A stretch of DNA of 64,000 nucleotides from contig CM082597.2 of the NCBI GenBank assembly GCA_040954595.2, positions 574,759 to 638,758 on the forward strand. Reading direction: 5' to 3'. Of the stretch, positions 50,901 through 64,000 are shown one piece after another. The DNA comes from Balanoglossus misakiensis. Taxonomy: Eukaryota; Animalia; Hemichordata. The notes under the pieces are model-generated. The model was not told the DNA's origin, did not search any database, and saw nothing but the letters and a program-made list of their open reading frames with translations. Both the position numbers and the translations under genes were made by a program. Numbering within the stretch: the first letter of the stretch is position 1; every line of letters begins with the position of its first letter.

Positions 50901-53900
50901 TCGACTTTGCGGAATTTGGTGGTTTTTTGATAAAAACCATGGGTTATAGCTCATGAAAATCATCCAGAAATGTCAATTTTTCGACTTTGCGGAATTTCAA
51001 AATTTGGCCGATTTTTGAAAAAACCATGGGTTATAGCTCAGGAAATCATCAAAAAATGAGAATTTTCGACTTTGCGGAATTTCAAAATTTGGCCGATTTT
51101 TGAAAAAAACCATGGGTTATAGCTCAGGAAAATCATCAAAAAATGAGAATTTTTCGACTTTGCGGAATTTCAAATTTGGCCGATTTTTGAAAAAACCATG
51201 GTTATAGCTCAGGAAAATCATCAAAAAATGAGAATTTTTCGACTTTGCGGAATTTCAAAATTTGGCCGATTTTTTGAAAAACCATGGGTTATAGCTCAGG
51301 AAATCATCAAAAAATGAGAATTTTTCGACTTTGCGGAATTTCAAAATTTGGCCGATTTTTGAAAAAACCATGGGTTATAGCTCAGGAAAATTATCAAAAA
51401 ATGAGAATTTTTCGACTTTGAGGAATTTCAAAATTTTGGCCGATTTTTGAAAAAACCATGGGTTATAGCTCATGACAATCATCCAGAAATGTCAATTTTT
51501 CGACTTCGCGAAATTTCAAATTTGGTGGTTTTTTGATAAAAACCATGGGTTATAGCTCATGAAAATCATCCAGAAATGTCAATTTTTCGAGTTCGCGAAA
51601 TTTCAAAATTTGGTGGTTTTTTGATAAAAACCATGGGTTATAGCTCATGAAAATCATCCAGAAATGTCAATTTTTCGACTTTGCGGAATTTCAAAATTTG
51701 GCCGATTTTTGAAAAAACCATGGGTTATAGCTCAGGAAAATCATCAAAAATTGAAAATTTTTCGACTTTGCGGAATTTCAAATTTGGCCGATTTTTGAAA
51801 AAACCATGGGTTATAGCTCAGGAAAATCATCAAAAAATGAGAATTTTTCGACTTTGCGGAATTTCAAAATTTGGCCGATTTTTTGAAAAAACCATGGGTT
51901 ATAGCTCAGGAAAATCATCAAAAAATGAGAATTTTTCGACTTTGCGGAATTTCAAAATTTGGCCGATTTTTGAAAAAACCATGGGTTATAGCTCAGGAAA
52001 ATCATCAAAAAATGAGAATTTTTCGACTTTGCGGAATTTCAAAATTTGGCCGATTTTTGAAAAACCATGGGTTATACTCAGGAAAATCATCAAAAAATGA
52101 GAATTTTTCGACTTTGCGGAATTTCAAAATTTGGCCGATTTTTGAAAAAACCATGGGTTATAGCTCAGGAAATCATCAAAAAATGAGAATTTTTCGACTT
52201 TGCGGAATTTCAAATTTGGCCGATTTTTGAAAAAACCATGGGTTATAGCTCAGGAAAAATCATCAAAAAATGAGAATTTTTCGACTTTGCGGAATTTCAA
52301 AATTTGGCCGATTTTTGAAAAAACCATGGGTTATAGCTCAGGAAAATCATCAAAAAATGAGAATCTTTCGACTTTGCGGAATTTCAAAATTTGGCCGATT
52401 TTTGAAAAAACCATGGGTTATAGCTCAGGAAAATCAGCAAAAAATGAGAATTTTTCGACTTTGCGGAATTTCAAAATTTGGCCGATTTTGAAAAACCATG
52501 GGTTATAGCTCAGGAAAATCAGCAAAAATGAGAATTTTTCGACTTCGCGGAATTTCAAAATTTGGCCGATTTTTGAAAAAACCATGGTTATAGCTCAGGA
52601 AAATCAGCAAAAAATGAGAATTTTTCGACTTCGCGGAATTTCAAAATTTGGCCGATTTTGAAAAAAACCATGGGTTATAGCTCAGGAAAATCATCAAAAA
52701 ATGAGAATTTTTCGACTTCGCGGAATTTCAAAATTTGGCCGATTTTTGAAAAAACCATGGGTTATAGCTCAAGAAAATCATCAAAAAAATGAGAATTTTT
52801 CGACTTCGCGGAATTTCAAAATTTTGGCCGATTTTTGAAAAAACCATGGGTTATAGCTCAGGAAAATCATCAAAAAATGAGAATTTTTCGACTTTGCGGA
52901 ATTTCAAAATTTGGCCGATTTTTTGAAAAAACCATGGGTTATAGCTCATGAAAATCATCCAGAAATGTCAATTTTTCGACTTTGCGGAATTTCAAAATTT
53001 GGCCGATTTTTGAAAAAACCATGGGTTATAGCTCAGGAAAATCATCAAAAATTGAAAATTTTTCGACTTTGCGGAATTTCAAAATTTGGCCGATTTTTGA
53101 AAAAACCATGGGTTATAGCTCAGGAAAATCATCAAAAAAATGAGAATTTTTCGACTTTGCGGAATTTCAAAATTTGGCCGATTTTTGAAAAAACCATGGG
53201 TTATAGCTCAGAAAATCATCAAAAAATGAGAATTTTTCGACTTTGCGGAATTTCAAAATTTGGCCGATTTTGAAAAAACCATGGGTTATAGCTCAGGAAA
53301 AATCATCAAAAAATGAGAATTTTTCGACTTTGCGGAATTTCAAAATTTGGCCGATTTTTTGAAAAAAACCATGGGTTATAGCTCATGAAAATCATCCAGA
53401 AATGTCAATTTTTCGACTTTGCGGAATTTCAAAATTTGGCCGATTTTTGAAAAAACCATGGGTTATAGCTCAGGAAAATCATCAAAATTGAAAATTTTCG
53501 ACTTTGCGGAATTTCAAAATTTGGCCGATTTTTGAAAAAACCATGGGTTATAGCTCAGGAAAATCATCAAAAAATGAGAATTTTTCGACTTTGCGGAATT
53601 TCAAAATTTGGCCGATTTTTGAAAAAACCATGGGTTATAGCTCAGGAAAATCATCAAAAAATGAGAATTTTTCGACTTTGCGGAATTTCAAAATTTGGCC
53701 GATTTTTGAAAAAACCATGGGTTATAGCTCAGGAAAATCATCAAAAAATGAGAATTTTTCGACTTTGCGGAATTTCAAAATTTGGCCGATTTTTGAAAAA
53801 ACCATGGGTTATAGCTCAGGAAAATTATCAAAAAATGAGAATTTTTCGACTTTGAGGAATTTCAAAATTTGGCCGATTTTTGAAAAAACCATGGGTTATA

Positions 53901-56900
53901 GCTCATGACAATCATCCAGAAATGTCAATTTTTCGACTTCGCGAAATTTCAAAATTTGGTGGTTTTTTGATAAAAACCATGGGTTATAGCTCATGAAAAT
54001 CATCCAGAAATGTCAATTTTTCGACTTCGCGAAATTTCAAAATTTGGTGGTTTTTTGATAAAAACCATGGGTTATAGCTCATGAAAATCATCCAGAAATG
54101 TCAATTTTTCGACTTTGCGGAATTTCAAAATTTGGCCGATTTTTGAAAAAACCATGGGTTATAGCTCAGGAAAATCATCAAAAATTGAAAATTTTTCGAC
54201 TTTGCGGAATTTCAAAATTTGGCCGATTTTTGAAAAAACCATGGGTTATAGCTCAGGAAAATCATCAAAAAATGAGAATTTTTCGACTTTGCGGAATTTC
54301 AAAATTTGGCCGATTTTTGAAAAAACCATGGGTTATAGCTCAGGAAAATCATCAAAAAATGAGAATTTTTCGACTTTGCGGAATTTCAAAATTTGGCCGA
54401 TTTTTGAAAAAACCATGGGTTATAGCTCAGGAAAATCATCAAAAAATGAGAATTTTTCGACTTTGCGGAATTTCAAAATTTGGCCGATTTTTGAAAAAAC
54501 CATGGGTTATAGCTCAGGAAAATCATCAAAAAATGAGAATTTTTCGACTTTGCGGAATTTCAAAATTTGGCCGATTTTTGAAAAAACCATGGGTTATAGC
54601 TCAGGAAAATCATCAAAAAATGAGAATTTTTCGACTTTGCGGAATTTCAAAATTTGGCCGATTTTTGAAAAAACCATGGGTTATAGCTCAGGAAAATCAT
54701 CAAAAAATGAGAATCTTTCGACTTTGCGGAATTTCAAAATTTGGCCGATTTTTGAAAAAACCATGGGTTATAGCTCAGGAAAATCAGCAAAAAATGAGAA
54801 TTTTTCGACTTTGCGGAATTTCAAAATTTGGCCGATTTTTGAAAAAACCATGGGTTATAGCTCAGGAAAATCAGCAAAAAATGAGAATTTTTCGACTTCG
54901 CGGAATTTCAAAATTTGGCCGATTTTTGAAAAAACCATGGGTTATAGCTCAGGAAAATCAGCAAAAAATGAGAATTTTTCGACTTCGCGGAATTTCAAAA
55001 TTTGGCCGATTTTTGAAAAAACCATGGGTTATAGCTCAGGAAAATCATCAAAAAATGAGAATTTTTCGACTTCGCGGAATTTCAAAATTTGGCCGATTTT
55101 TGAAAAAACCATGGGTTATAGCTCAGGAAAATCATCAAAAAATGAGAATTTTTCGACTTTGCGGAATTTCAAAATTTGGCCGATTTTTGAAAAAACCATG
55201 GGTTATAGCTCAGGAAAATCATCAAAAAATGAGAATTTTTCGACTTTGCGGAATTTCAAAATTTGGCCGATTTTTGAAAAAACCATGGGTTATAGCTCAG
55301 GAAAATCATCAAAAAATGAGAATTTTTCGACTTTGCGGAATTTCAAAATTTGGCCGATTTTTGAAAAAACCATGGGTTATAGCTCAGGAAAATCATCAAA
55401 AAATGAGAATTTTTCGACTTTGCGGAATTTCAAAATTTGGCCGATTTTTGAAAAAACCATGGGTTATAGCTCAGGAAAATCATCAAAAAATGAGAATTTT
55501 TCGACTTTGCGGAATTTCAAAATTTGGCCGATTTTTGAAAAAACCATGGGTTATAGCTCAGGAAAATCATCAAAAAATGAGAATCTTTCGACTTTGCGGA
55601 ATTTCAAAATTTGGCCGATTTTTGAAAAAACCATGGGTTATAGCTCAGGAAAATCAGCAAAAAATGAGAATTTTTCGACTTTGCGGAATTTCAAAATTTG
55701 GCCGATTTTTGAAAAAACCATGGGTTATAGCTCAGGAAAATCAGCAAAAAATGAGAATTTTTCGACTTCGCGGAATTTCAAAATTTGGCCGATTTTTGAA
55801 AAAACCATGGGTTATAGCTCAGGAAAATCAGCAAAAAATGAGAATTTTTCGACTTCGCGGAATTTCAAAATTTGGCCGATTTTTGAAAAAACCATGGGTT
55901 ATAGCTCAGGAAAATCATCAAAAAATGAGAATTTTTCGACTTCGCGGAATTTCAAAATTTGGCCGATTTTTGAAAAAACCATGGGTTATAGCTCAGGAAA
56001 ATCATCAAAAAATGAGAATTTTTCGACTTTGCGGAATTTCAAAATTTGGCCGATTTTTGAAAAAACCATGGGTTATAGCTCAGGAAAATCATCAAAAAAT
56101 GAGAATTTTTCGACTTTGCGGAATTTCAAAATTTGGCCGATTTTTGAAAAAACCATGGGTTATAGCTCAGGAAAATCATCAAAAAATGAGAATTTTTCGA
56201 CTTTGCGGAATTTCAAAATTTGGCCGATTTTTGAAAAAACCATGGGTTATAGCTCAGGAAAATCATCAAAAATGAGAATTTTTCGACTTTGCGGAATTTC
56301 AAAATTTGGCCGATTTTTGAAAAAACCATGGGTTATAGCTCAGGAAAATCATCAAAAATGAGAATTTTTCGACTTTGCGGAATTTCAAAATTTGGCCGAT
56401 TTTTGAAAAAAACCATGGGTTATAGCTCAGGAAAATCATCAAAAAATGAGAATTTTTCGACTTTGCGGAATTTTCAAAATTTGGCCGATTTTTGAAAAAA
56501 CCATGGGTTATAGCTCAGGAAAATCATCAAAAAATGAGAATTTTTCGACTTTGCGGAATTTCAAAATTTGGCCGATTTTTGAAAAAAACCATGGGTTATA
56601 GCTCAGGAAAATCATCAAAAAATGAGAATTTTTCGACTTCGCGGAATTTCAAAATTTGGCCGATTTTTGAAAAAAAACATGGGTTTATAGCTCAGGAAAA
56701 TCATCAAAAATGAGAATTTTCGACTTCGCGGAATTTCAAAATTGGCCGATTTTTGAAAAAAACCATGGGTTATAGCTCCGGAAAATCATCAAAAAATGAG
56801 AATTTTTCGACTTTGCGGAATTTCAATATTTGGCCGATTTTTGAAAAAACCATGGGTTATAGCTCAGGAAAATCATCAAAAAATGAGAATTTTTCGACTT

Positions 56901-59900
56901 CGCGGAATTTCAAAATTTGGCCGATTTTTGAAAAAAACATGGGTTATAGCTCAGGAAAATCATCAAAAAATGAGAATTTTTCGACTTCGTGGAATTTCAA
57001 AATTTGGCCGATTTTTGAAAAAACCATGGGTTATAGCTCAGGAAAATCATCAAAAAATGAGAAGTTTTCGACTTTGCGGAATTTCAAAATTTGGCCGATT
57101 TTTCGAAAAACCATGGGTTATAGCTCAGGAAAATCATCAAAAAATGAGAATTTTTCGACTTTGCGGAATTTCAAAATTTGGCCGATTTTTGAAAAAACCA
57201 TGGGTTATAGCTCAGGAAAATCATCAAAAAATGAGAATTTTTCGACTTTGCGGAATTTCAAAATTTGGCCGATTTTTGAAAAAAACCATGGGTTATAGCT
57301 CAGGAAAATCATCAAAAAATGAGAATTTTTCGACTTCGCGGAATTTCAAAATTTGGCCGATTTTTGAAAAAACCATGGGTTATAGCTCAGGAAAATCATC
57401 AAAAATGAGAATTTTTCGACTTCGCGGAATTTCAAAATTTGGCCGATTTTTGAAAAAACCATGGGTTATAGCTCAGGAAAATCATCAAAAAATGAGAATT
57501 TTTCGACTTCGCGGAATTTCAAAATTTGGCTGATTTTTGAAAAAACCATGGGTTATAGCTCAGGAAAATCATCAAAAAATGAGAATTTTTCGACTTCGCG
57601 GAATTTCAAAATTTGGCTGATTTTTGAAAAAACCATGGGTTATAGCTCAGGAAAATCATCAAAAAATGAGAATTTTTCGACTTCGCGGAATTTCAAAATT
57701 TGGCCGATTTTTGAAAAAACCATGGGTTATAGCTCAGGAAAATCATCAAAAAATGAGAATTTTTCGACTTCGCGGAATTTCAAAATTTGGCCGATTTTTG
57801 AAAAAACCATGGGTTATAGCTCAGGAAAATCATCAAAAAATGAGATTTTTTCGACTTTGCGGAATTTCAAAATTTGGCCGATTTTTGAAAAAACCATGGG
57901 TTATAGCTCAGAAAATCATCAAAAAATGAGAATTTTTCGACTTTGCGGAATTTCAAAATTTGGCCGATTTTTGAAAAAAACCATGGGTTATAGCTCAGGA
58001 AAATTATCAAAAAATGAGAATTTTTCGACTTTGAGGAATTTCAAAATTTGGCCGATTTTTGAAAAAACCATGGGTTATAGCTCATGACAATCATCCAGAA
58101 ATGTCAATTTTTCGACTTCGCGAAATTTCAAAATTTGGTGGTTTTTTGATAAAAACCATGGGTTATAGCTCATGAAAATCATCCAGAAATGTCAATTTTT
58201 CGACTTCGCGAAATTTCAAAATTTGGTGGTTTTTTGATAAAAACCATGGGTTATAGCTCATGAAAATCATCCAGAAATGTCAATTTTTCGACTTTGCGGA
58301 ATTTCAAAATTTGGCCGATTTTTGAAAAAACCATGGGTTATAGCTCAGGAAAATCATCAAAAATTGAAAATTTTTCGACTTTGCGGAATTTCAAAATTTG
58401 GCCGATTTTTGAAAAAACCATGGGTTATAGCTCAGGAAAATCATCAAAAAATGAGAATTTTTCGACTTTGCGGAATTTCAAAATTTGGCCGATTTTTGAA
58501 AAAACCATGGGTTATAGCTCAGGAAAATCATCAAAAAATGAGAATTTTTCGACTTTGCGGAATTTCAAAATTTGGCCGATTTTTGAAAAAACCATGGGTT
58601 ATAGCTCAGGAAAATCATCAAAAAATGAGAATTTTTTCGACTTTGCGGAATTTCAAAATTTGGCCGATTTTTGAAAAAACCATGGGTTATAGCTCAGGAA
58701 AATCATCAAAAAATGAGAATTTTTCGACTTTGCGGAATTTCAAATTTGGCCGATTTTTGAAAAAACCATGGGTTATAGCTCAGGAAAATCATCAAAAAAT
58801 GAGAATTTTTCGACTTTGCGGAATTTCAAAATTTGGCCGATTTTTGAAAAACCATGGGTTATAGCTCAGGAAAATCATCAAAAAATGAGAATCTTTCGAC
58901 TTTGCGGAATTTCAAAATTTGGCCGATTTTTGAAAAAACCATGGGTTATAGCTCAGGAAAATCAGCAAAAAATGAGAATTTTTCGACTTTGCGGAATTTC
59001 AAAAATTTGGCCGATTTTTGAAAAAAACCATGGGTTATAGCTCAGGAAAATCAGCAAAAAATGAGAATTTTTCGACTTCGCGGAATTTCAAAATTTGGCC
59101 GATTTTTGAAAAAACCATGGGTTATAGCTCAGGAAAATCAGCAAAAAATGAGAATTTTTCGACTTCGCGAATTTCAAAATTTGGCCGATTTTTGAAAAAA
59201 CCATGGGTTATAGCTCAGGAAAATCATCAAAAAATGAGAATTTTTCGACTTCGCGGAATTTCAAAATTTGGCCGATTTTTGAAAAAACCATGGGTTATAG
59301 CTCAGGAAAATCATCAAAAAATGAGAATTTTTCGACTTTGCGGAATTTCAAAATTTGGCCGATTTTTGAAAAAACCATGGGTTATAGCTCAGGAAAATCA
59401 TCAAAAAATGAGAATTTTTCGACTTTGCGGAATTTCAAAATTGGCCGATTTTTGAAAAAACCATGGGTTATAGCTGAGGAAAATCATCAAAAAATGAGAA
59501 TTTTTCGACTTTGCGGAATTTCAAAATTTGGCCGATTTTGAAAAAACCATGGGTTATAGCTCAGGAAAATCATCAAAAAATGAGAATTTTTCGACTTTGC
59601 GGAATTTCAAAATTTGGCCGATTTTGAAAAAACCATGGGTTATAGCTCAGGAAAATCATCAAAAAATGAGAATTTTTCGACTTTGCGGAATTTCAAAATT
59701 TGGCCGATTTTTGAAAAAAACCATGGGTTATAGCTCAGGAAAATCATCAAAAAATGAGAATTTTTCGACTTTGCGGAATTTCAAAATTTGGCCGATTTTT
59801 GAAAAAACCATGGGTTATAGCTCAGGAAAATCATCAAAAAATGAGAATTTTTCGACTTTGCGGAATTTCAAAATTTGGCCGATTTTTGAAAAAACCATGG

Positions 59901-62900
59901 GTTATAGCTCAGGAAAATCATCAAAAATGAGAATTTTTCGACTTCGCGGAATTTCAAAATTTGGCCGATTTTTGAAAAAAAACCATGGGTTATAGCTCAG
60001 GAAAATCATCAAAAAATGAGAATTTTTCGACTTCGCGGAATTTCAAAATTTGGCCGATTTTTGAAAAAAACATGGGTTATAGCTCAGGAAAATCATCAAA
60101 AAATGAGAATTTTTCGACTTCGCGGAATTTCAAAATTTGGCCGATTTTTGAAAAAACCATGGGTTATAGCTCCGGAAAATCATCAAAAAATGAGAATTTT
60201 TCGACTTTGCGGAATTTCAATATTTGGCCGATTTTTGAAAAAACCATGGGTTATAGCTCAGGAAAATCATCAAAAATGAGAATTTTTCGACTTCGCGGAA
60301 TTTCAAAATTTGGCCGATTTTTGAAAAAAACATGGGTTATAGCTCAGAAAATCATCAAAAAATGAGAATTTTTCGACTTCGTGGAATTTCAAAATTTGGC
60401 CGATTTTTGAAAAAACCATGGGTTATAGCTCAGGAAAATCATCAAAAAATGAGAAGTTTTCGACTTTGCGGAATTTCAAAATTTGGCCGATTTTTCGAAA
60501 AACCATGGGTTATAGCTCAGGAAAATCATCAAAAAATGAGAATTTTTCGACTTTGCGGAATTTCAAAATTTGGCCGATTTTTGAAAAAACCATGGGTTAT
60601 AGCTCAGGAAAATCATCAAAAAATGAGAATTTTTCGACTTCGCGGAATTTCAAAATTTGGCTGATTTTTGAAAAAACCATGGGTTATAGCTCAGGAAAAT
60701 CATCAAAAAATGAGAATTTTTCGACTTCGCGGAATTTCAAAATTTGGCTGATTTTGAAAAAACCATGGGTTATAGCTCAGGAAAATCATCAAAAAATGAG
60801 AATTTTTCGACTTCGCGGAATTTCAAAATTTGGCCGATTTTTGAAAAAACCATGGGTTATAGCTCAGGAAAATCATCAAAAAATGAGAATTTTTCGACTT
60901 CGCGGAATTTCAAAATTTGGCCGATTTTTGAAAAAACCATGGGTTATAGCTCAGGAAAATCATCAAAAAATGAGAATTTTTCGACTTTGCGGAATTTCAA
61001 AATTTGGCCGATTTTTGAAAAAACCATGGGTTATAGCTCAGGAAAATCATCAAAAATGAGAATTTTTCGACTTCGCGGAATTTCAAAATTTGGCCGATTT
61101 TTGAAAAAACCATGGGTTATAGCTCAGGAAAATCAGCAAAAAATGAGAATTTTTCGACTTCGCGGAATTTCAAAATTTGGCCGATTTTTGAAAAAACCAT
61201 GGGTTATAGCTCAGGAAAATCAGCAAAAAATGAGAATTTTTCGACTTCGCGGAATTTCAAAATTTGGCCGATTTTTGAAAAAACCATGGGTTATAGCTCA
61301 GGAAAATCATCAAAAAATGAGAATTTTTCGACTTCGCGGAATTTCAAAATTTGGCCGATTTTTGAAAAAACCATGGGTTATAGCTCAGGAAAATCATCAA
61401 AAAATGAGAATTTTTCGACTTTGCGGAATTTCAAAATTTGGCCGATTTTTGAAAAAACCATGGGTTATAGCTCAGGAAAATCATCAAAAAATGAGAATTT
61501 TTCGACTTTGCGGAATTTCAAAATTTGGCCGATTTTTGAAAAAACCATGGGTTATAGCTCAGGAAAATCATCAAAAAATGAGAATTTTTCGACTTTGCGG
61601 AATTTTAAAATTTGGCCGATTTTTGAAAAAACCATGGGTTATAGCTCAGGAAAATCATCAAAAAATGAGAATTTTTCGACTTCGCGGAATTTCAAAATTT
61701 GGCCGATTTTTGAAAAAAACATGGGTTATAGCTCAGGAAAATCATCAAAAAATGAGAATTTTTCGACTTCGCGGAATTTCAAAATTTGGCCGATTTTTGA
61801 AAAAACCATGGGTTATAGCTCAGGAAAATCATCAAAAAATGAGAATTTTTCGACTTTGCATAATTTCAAAATTTGGCCGATTTTTGAAAAAACCATGGGT
61901 TATAGCTCAGGAAAATCATCAAAAAATGAGAATTTTTCGACTTTGCGGAATTTCAAAATTTGGCCGATTTTTGAAAAAACCATGGGTTATAGCTCAGGAA
62001 AATCATCAAAAAATGAGAATTTTTCGACTTTGCGGAATTTCAAAATTTGGCCGATTTTTGAAAAAACCATGGGCTATAGCTCAGGAAAATCATCAAAAAA
62101 TGAGAATTTTTCGACTTTGCGGAATTTCAATATTTGGCCGATTTTTGAAAAAACCATGGGTTATAGCTCAGGAAAATCATCAAAAAATGAGAATTTTTCG
62201 ACTTCGCGGAATTTCAAAATTTGGCCGATTTTTGAAAAAAACATGGGTTATAGCCCAGGAAAATCATCAAAAAATGAGAATTTTTCGACTTCGCGGAATT
62301 TCAAAATTTGGCCGATTTTTGAAAAAACCATGGGTTATAGCTCAGGAAAATCATCAAAAAATGAGAATTTTTCGACTTTGCGGAATTTCAAAATTTGGCC
62401 GATTTTTGAAAAAACCATGGGTTATAGCTCAGGAAAATCATCAAAAAATGAGAATTTTTCGACTTTGCGGAATTTCAAAATTTGGCCGATTTTTGAAAAA
62501 ACCATGGGTTATAGCTCAGGAAAATCATCAAAAAATGAGAATTTTTCGACTTTGCGGAATTTCAAAATTTGGCCGATTTTTGAAAAAACCATGGGTTATA
62601 GCTCAGGAAAATCATCAAAAAATGAGAATTTTTCGACTTTGCGGAATTTCAAAATTTGGCCGATTTTTGAAAAAAACCATGGGTTATAGCTCAGGAAAAT
62701 CATCAAAAAATGAGAATTTTTCGACTTTGCGGAATTTCAAAATTTGGCCGATTTTTGAAAAAAACCATGGGTTATAGCTCAGGAAAATCATCAAAAAATG
62801 AGAATTTTTCGACTTCGCGGAATTTCAAAATTTGGCCGATTTTTGAAAAAACCATGGGTTATAGCTCAGGAAAATCATCAAAAAATGAGAAGTTTTCGAC

Positions 62901-64000
62901 TTTGCGGAATTTCAAAATTTGGCCGATTTTTCGAAAAACCATGGGTTATAGCTCAGGAAAATCATCAAAAAATGAGAATTTTTCGACTTCGCGGAATTTC
63001 AAAATTTGGCCGATTTTTGAAAAAAACATGGGTTATAGCTCAGGAAAATCATCAAAAAATGAGAATTTTTCGACTTTGCGGAATTTCAAAATTTGGCCGA
63101 TTTTTGAAAAAACCATGGGTTATAGCTCAGGAAAATCATCAAAAAATGAGAATTTTTCGACTTCGCGGAATTTCAAAATTTGGCCGATTTTTGAAAAAAA
63201 CCATGGGTTATAGCTCAGGAAAATCATCAAAAAATGAGAATTTTTCGACTTCGCGGAATTTCAAAATTTGGCCGATTTTTGAAAAAACCATGGGTTATAG
63301 CTCAGGAAAATCAGCAAAAAATGAGAATTTTTCGACTTCGCGGAATTTCAAAATTTGGCCGATTTTTGAAAAAACCATGGGTTATAGCTCAGGAAAATCA
63401 GCAAAAAATGAGAATTTTTCGACTTCGCGGAATTTCAAAATTTGGCCGATTTTTGAAAAAACCATGGGTTATAGCTCAGGAAAATCATCAAAAAATGAGA
63501 ATTTTTCGACTTCGCGGAATTTCAAAATTTGGCCGATTTTTGAAAAAACCATGGGTTATAGCTCAGGAAAATCATCAAAAAATGAGAATTTTTCGACTTT
63601 GCGGAATTTCAAAATTTGGCCGATTTTTGAAAAAACCATGGGTTATAGCTCAGGAAAATCATCAAAAAATGAGAATTTTTCGACTTTGCGGAATTTCAAA
63701 ATTTGGCCGATTTTTGAAAAAACCATGGGTTATAGCTCAGGAAAATCATCAAAAAATGAGAATTTTTCGACTTTGCGGAATTTTAAAATTTGGCCGATTT
63801 TTGAAAAAACCATGGGTTATAGCTCAGGAAAATCATCAAAAAATGAGAATTTTTCGACTTCGCGGAATTTCAAAATTTGGCCGATTTTTGAAAAAAACAT
63901 GGGTTATAGCTCAGGAAAATCATCAAAAAATGAGAATTTTTCGACTTCGCGGAATTTCAAAATTTGGCCGATTTTTGAAAAAACCATGGGTTATAGCTCA
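50901..64000. repeat. 87-bp tandem satellite (related variant, opposite orientation B), running off the window end
   Basis: Unit GAAAAAACCATGGGTTATAGCTCAGGAAAATCATCAAAAAATGAGAATTTTTCGACTT(T/C)GCGGAATTTCAAAATTTGGCCGATTTTT. The 29-aa periodic ORFs confirm the 87-bp period. Confidence 0.97.

Noticed and set aside
45700-53500. Many single-base indel variants between monomers
   Set aside because: Almost all are homopolymer length changes clustered in patches, most likely long-read consensus errors, so I did not use them as biological markers.
45567-63213. Long ORFs (up to 748 aa) with 29-aa repeats
   Set aside because: The 87-bp unit is divisible by 3 and stop-free in two frames. The ORFs overlap in several frames and switch at homopolymer indels, so this is satellite DNA, not protein.
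43621-64000. CRISPR-like array
   Set aside because: No unique spacers, head-to-tail monomers, eukaryotic context and no cas genes.

Overview
Eukaryotic, intron-rich, AT-rich animal genomic DNA. The gene content suggests a marine invertebrate, possibly a deuterostome such as a hemichordate, but I cannot confirm the species. I rebuilt the gene models by hand from splice sites and reading-frame continuity. (1) 7092-21509 (+): a 5'-truncated C2CD2/TMEM24-family ER-plasma membrane lipid-transfer gene (SMP, C2, C1), with several candidate microexons or cassette exons, three of them using GC donors. (2) 25465-26886 and 28977-31272 (-): two tandem paralogous 4-exon genes encoding ~300-aa secreted proteins with no domain I recognise. 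(3) 35412-42383 (+): a 17-exon, 796-aa secreted protein with the architecture signal peptide, C-type lectin, EGF, C-type lectin, EGF, GH9 (cellulase family). Its catalytic residues are intact but its substrate-binding cleft is remodelled; this is the most interesting object in the window. (4) ~42830 to the end: a >21 kb 87/88-bp satellite array with two orientation switches and higher-order structure. All ORFs in the array are artefacts of the repeat. Introns carry several short MITE families.
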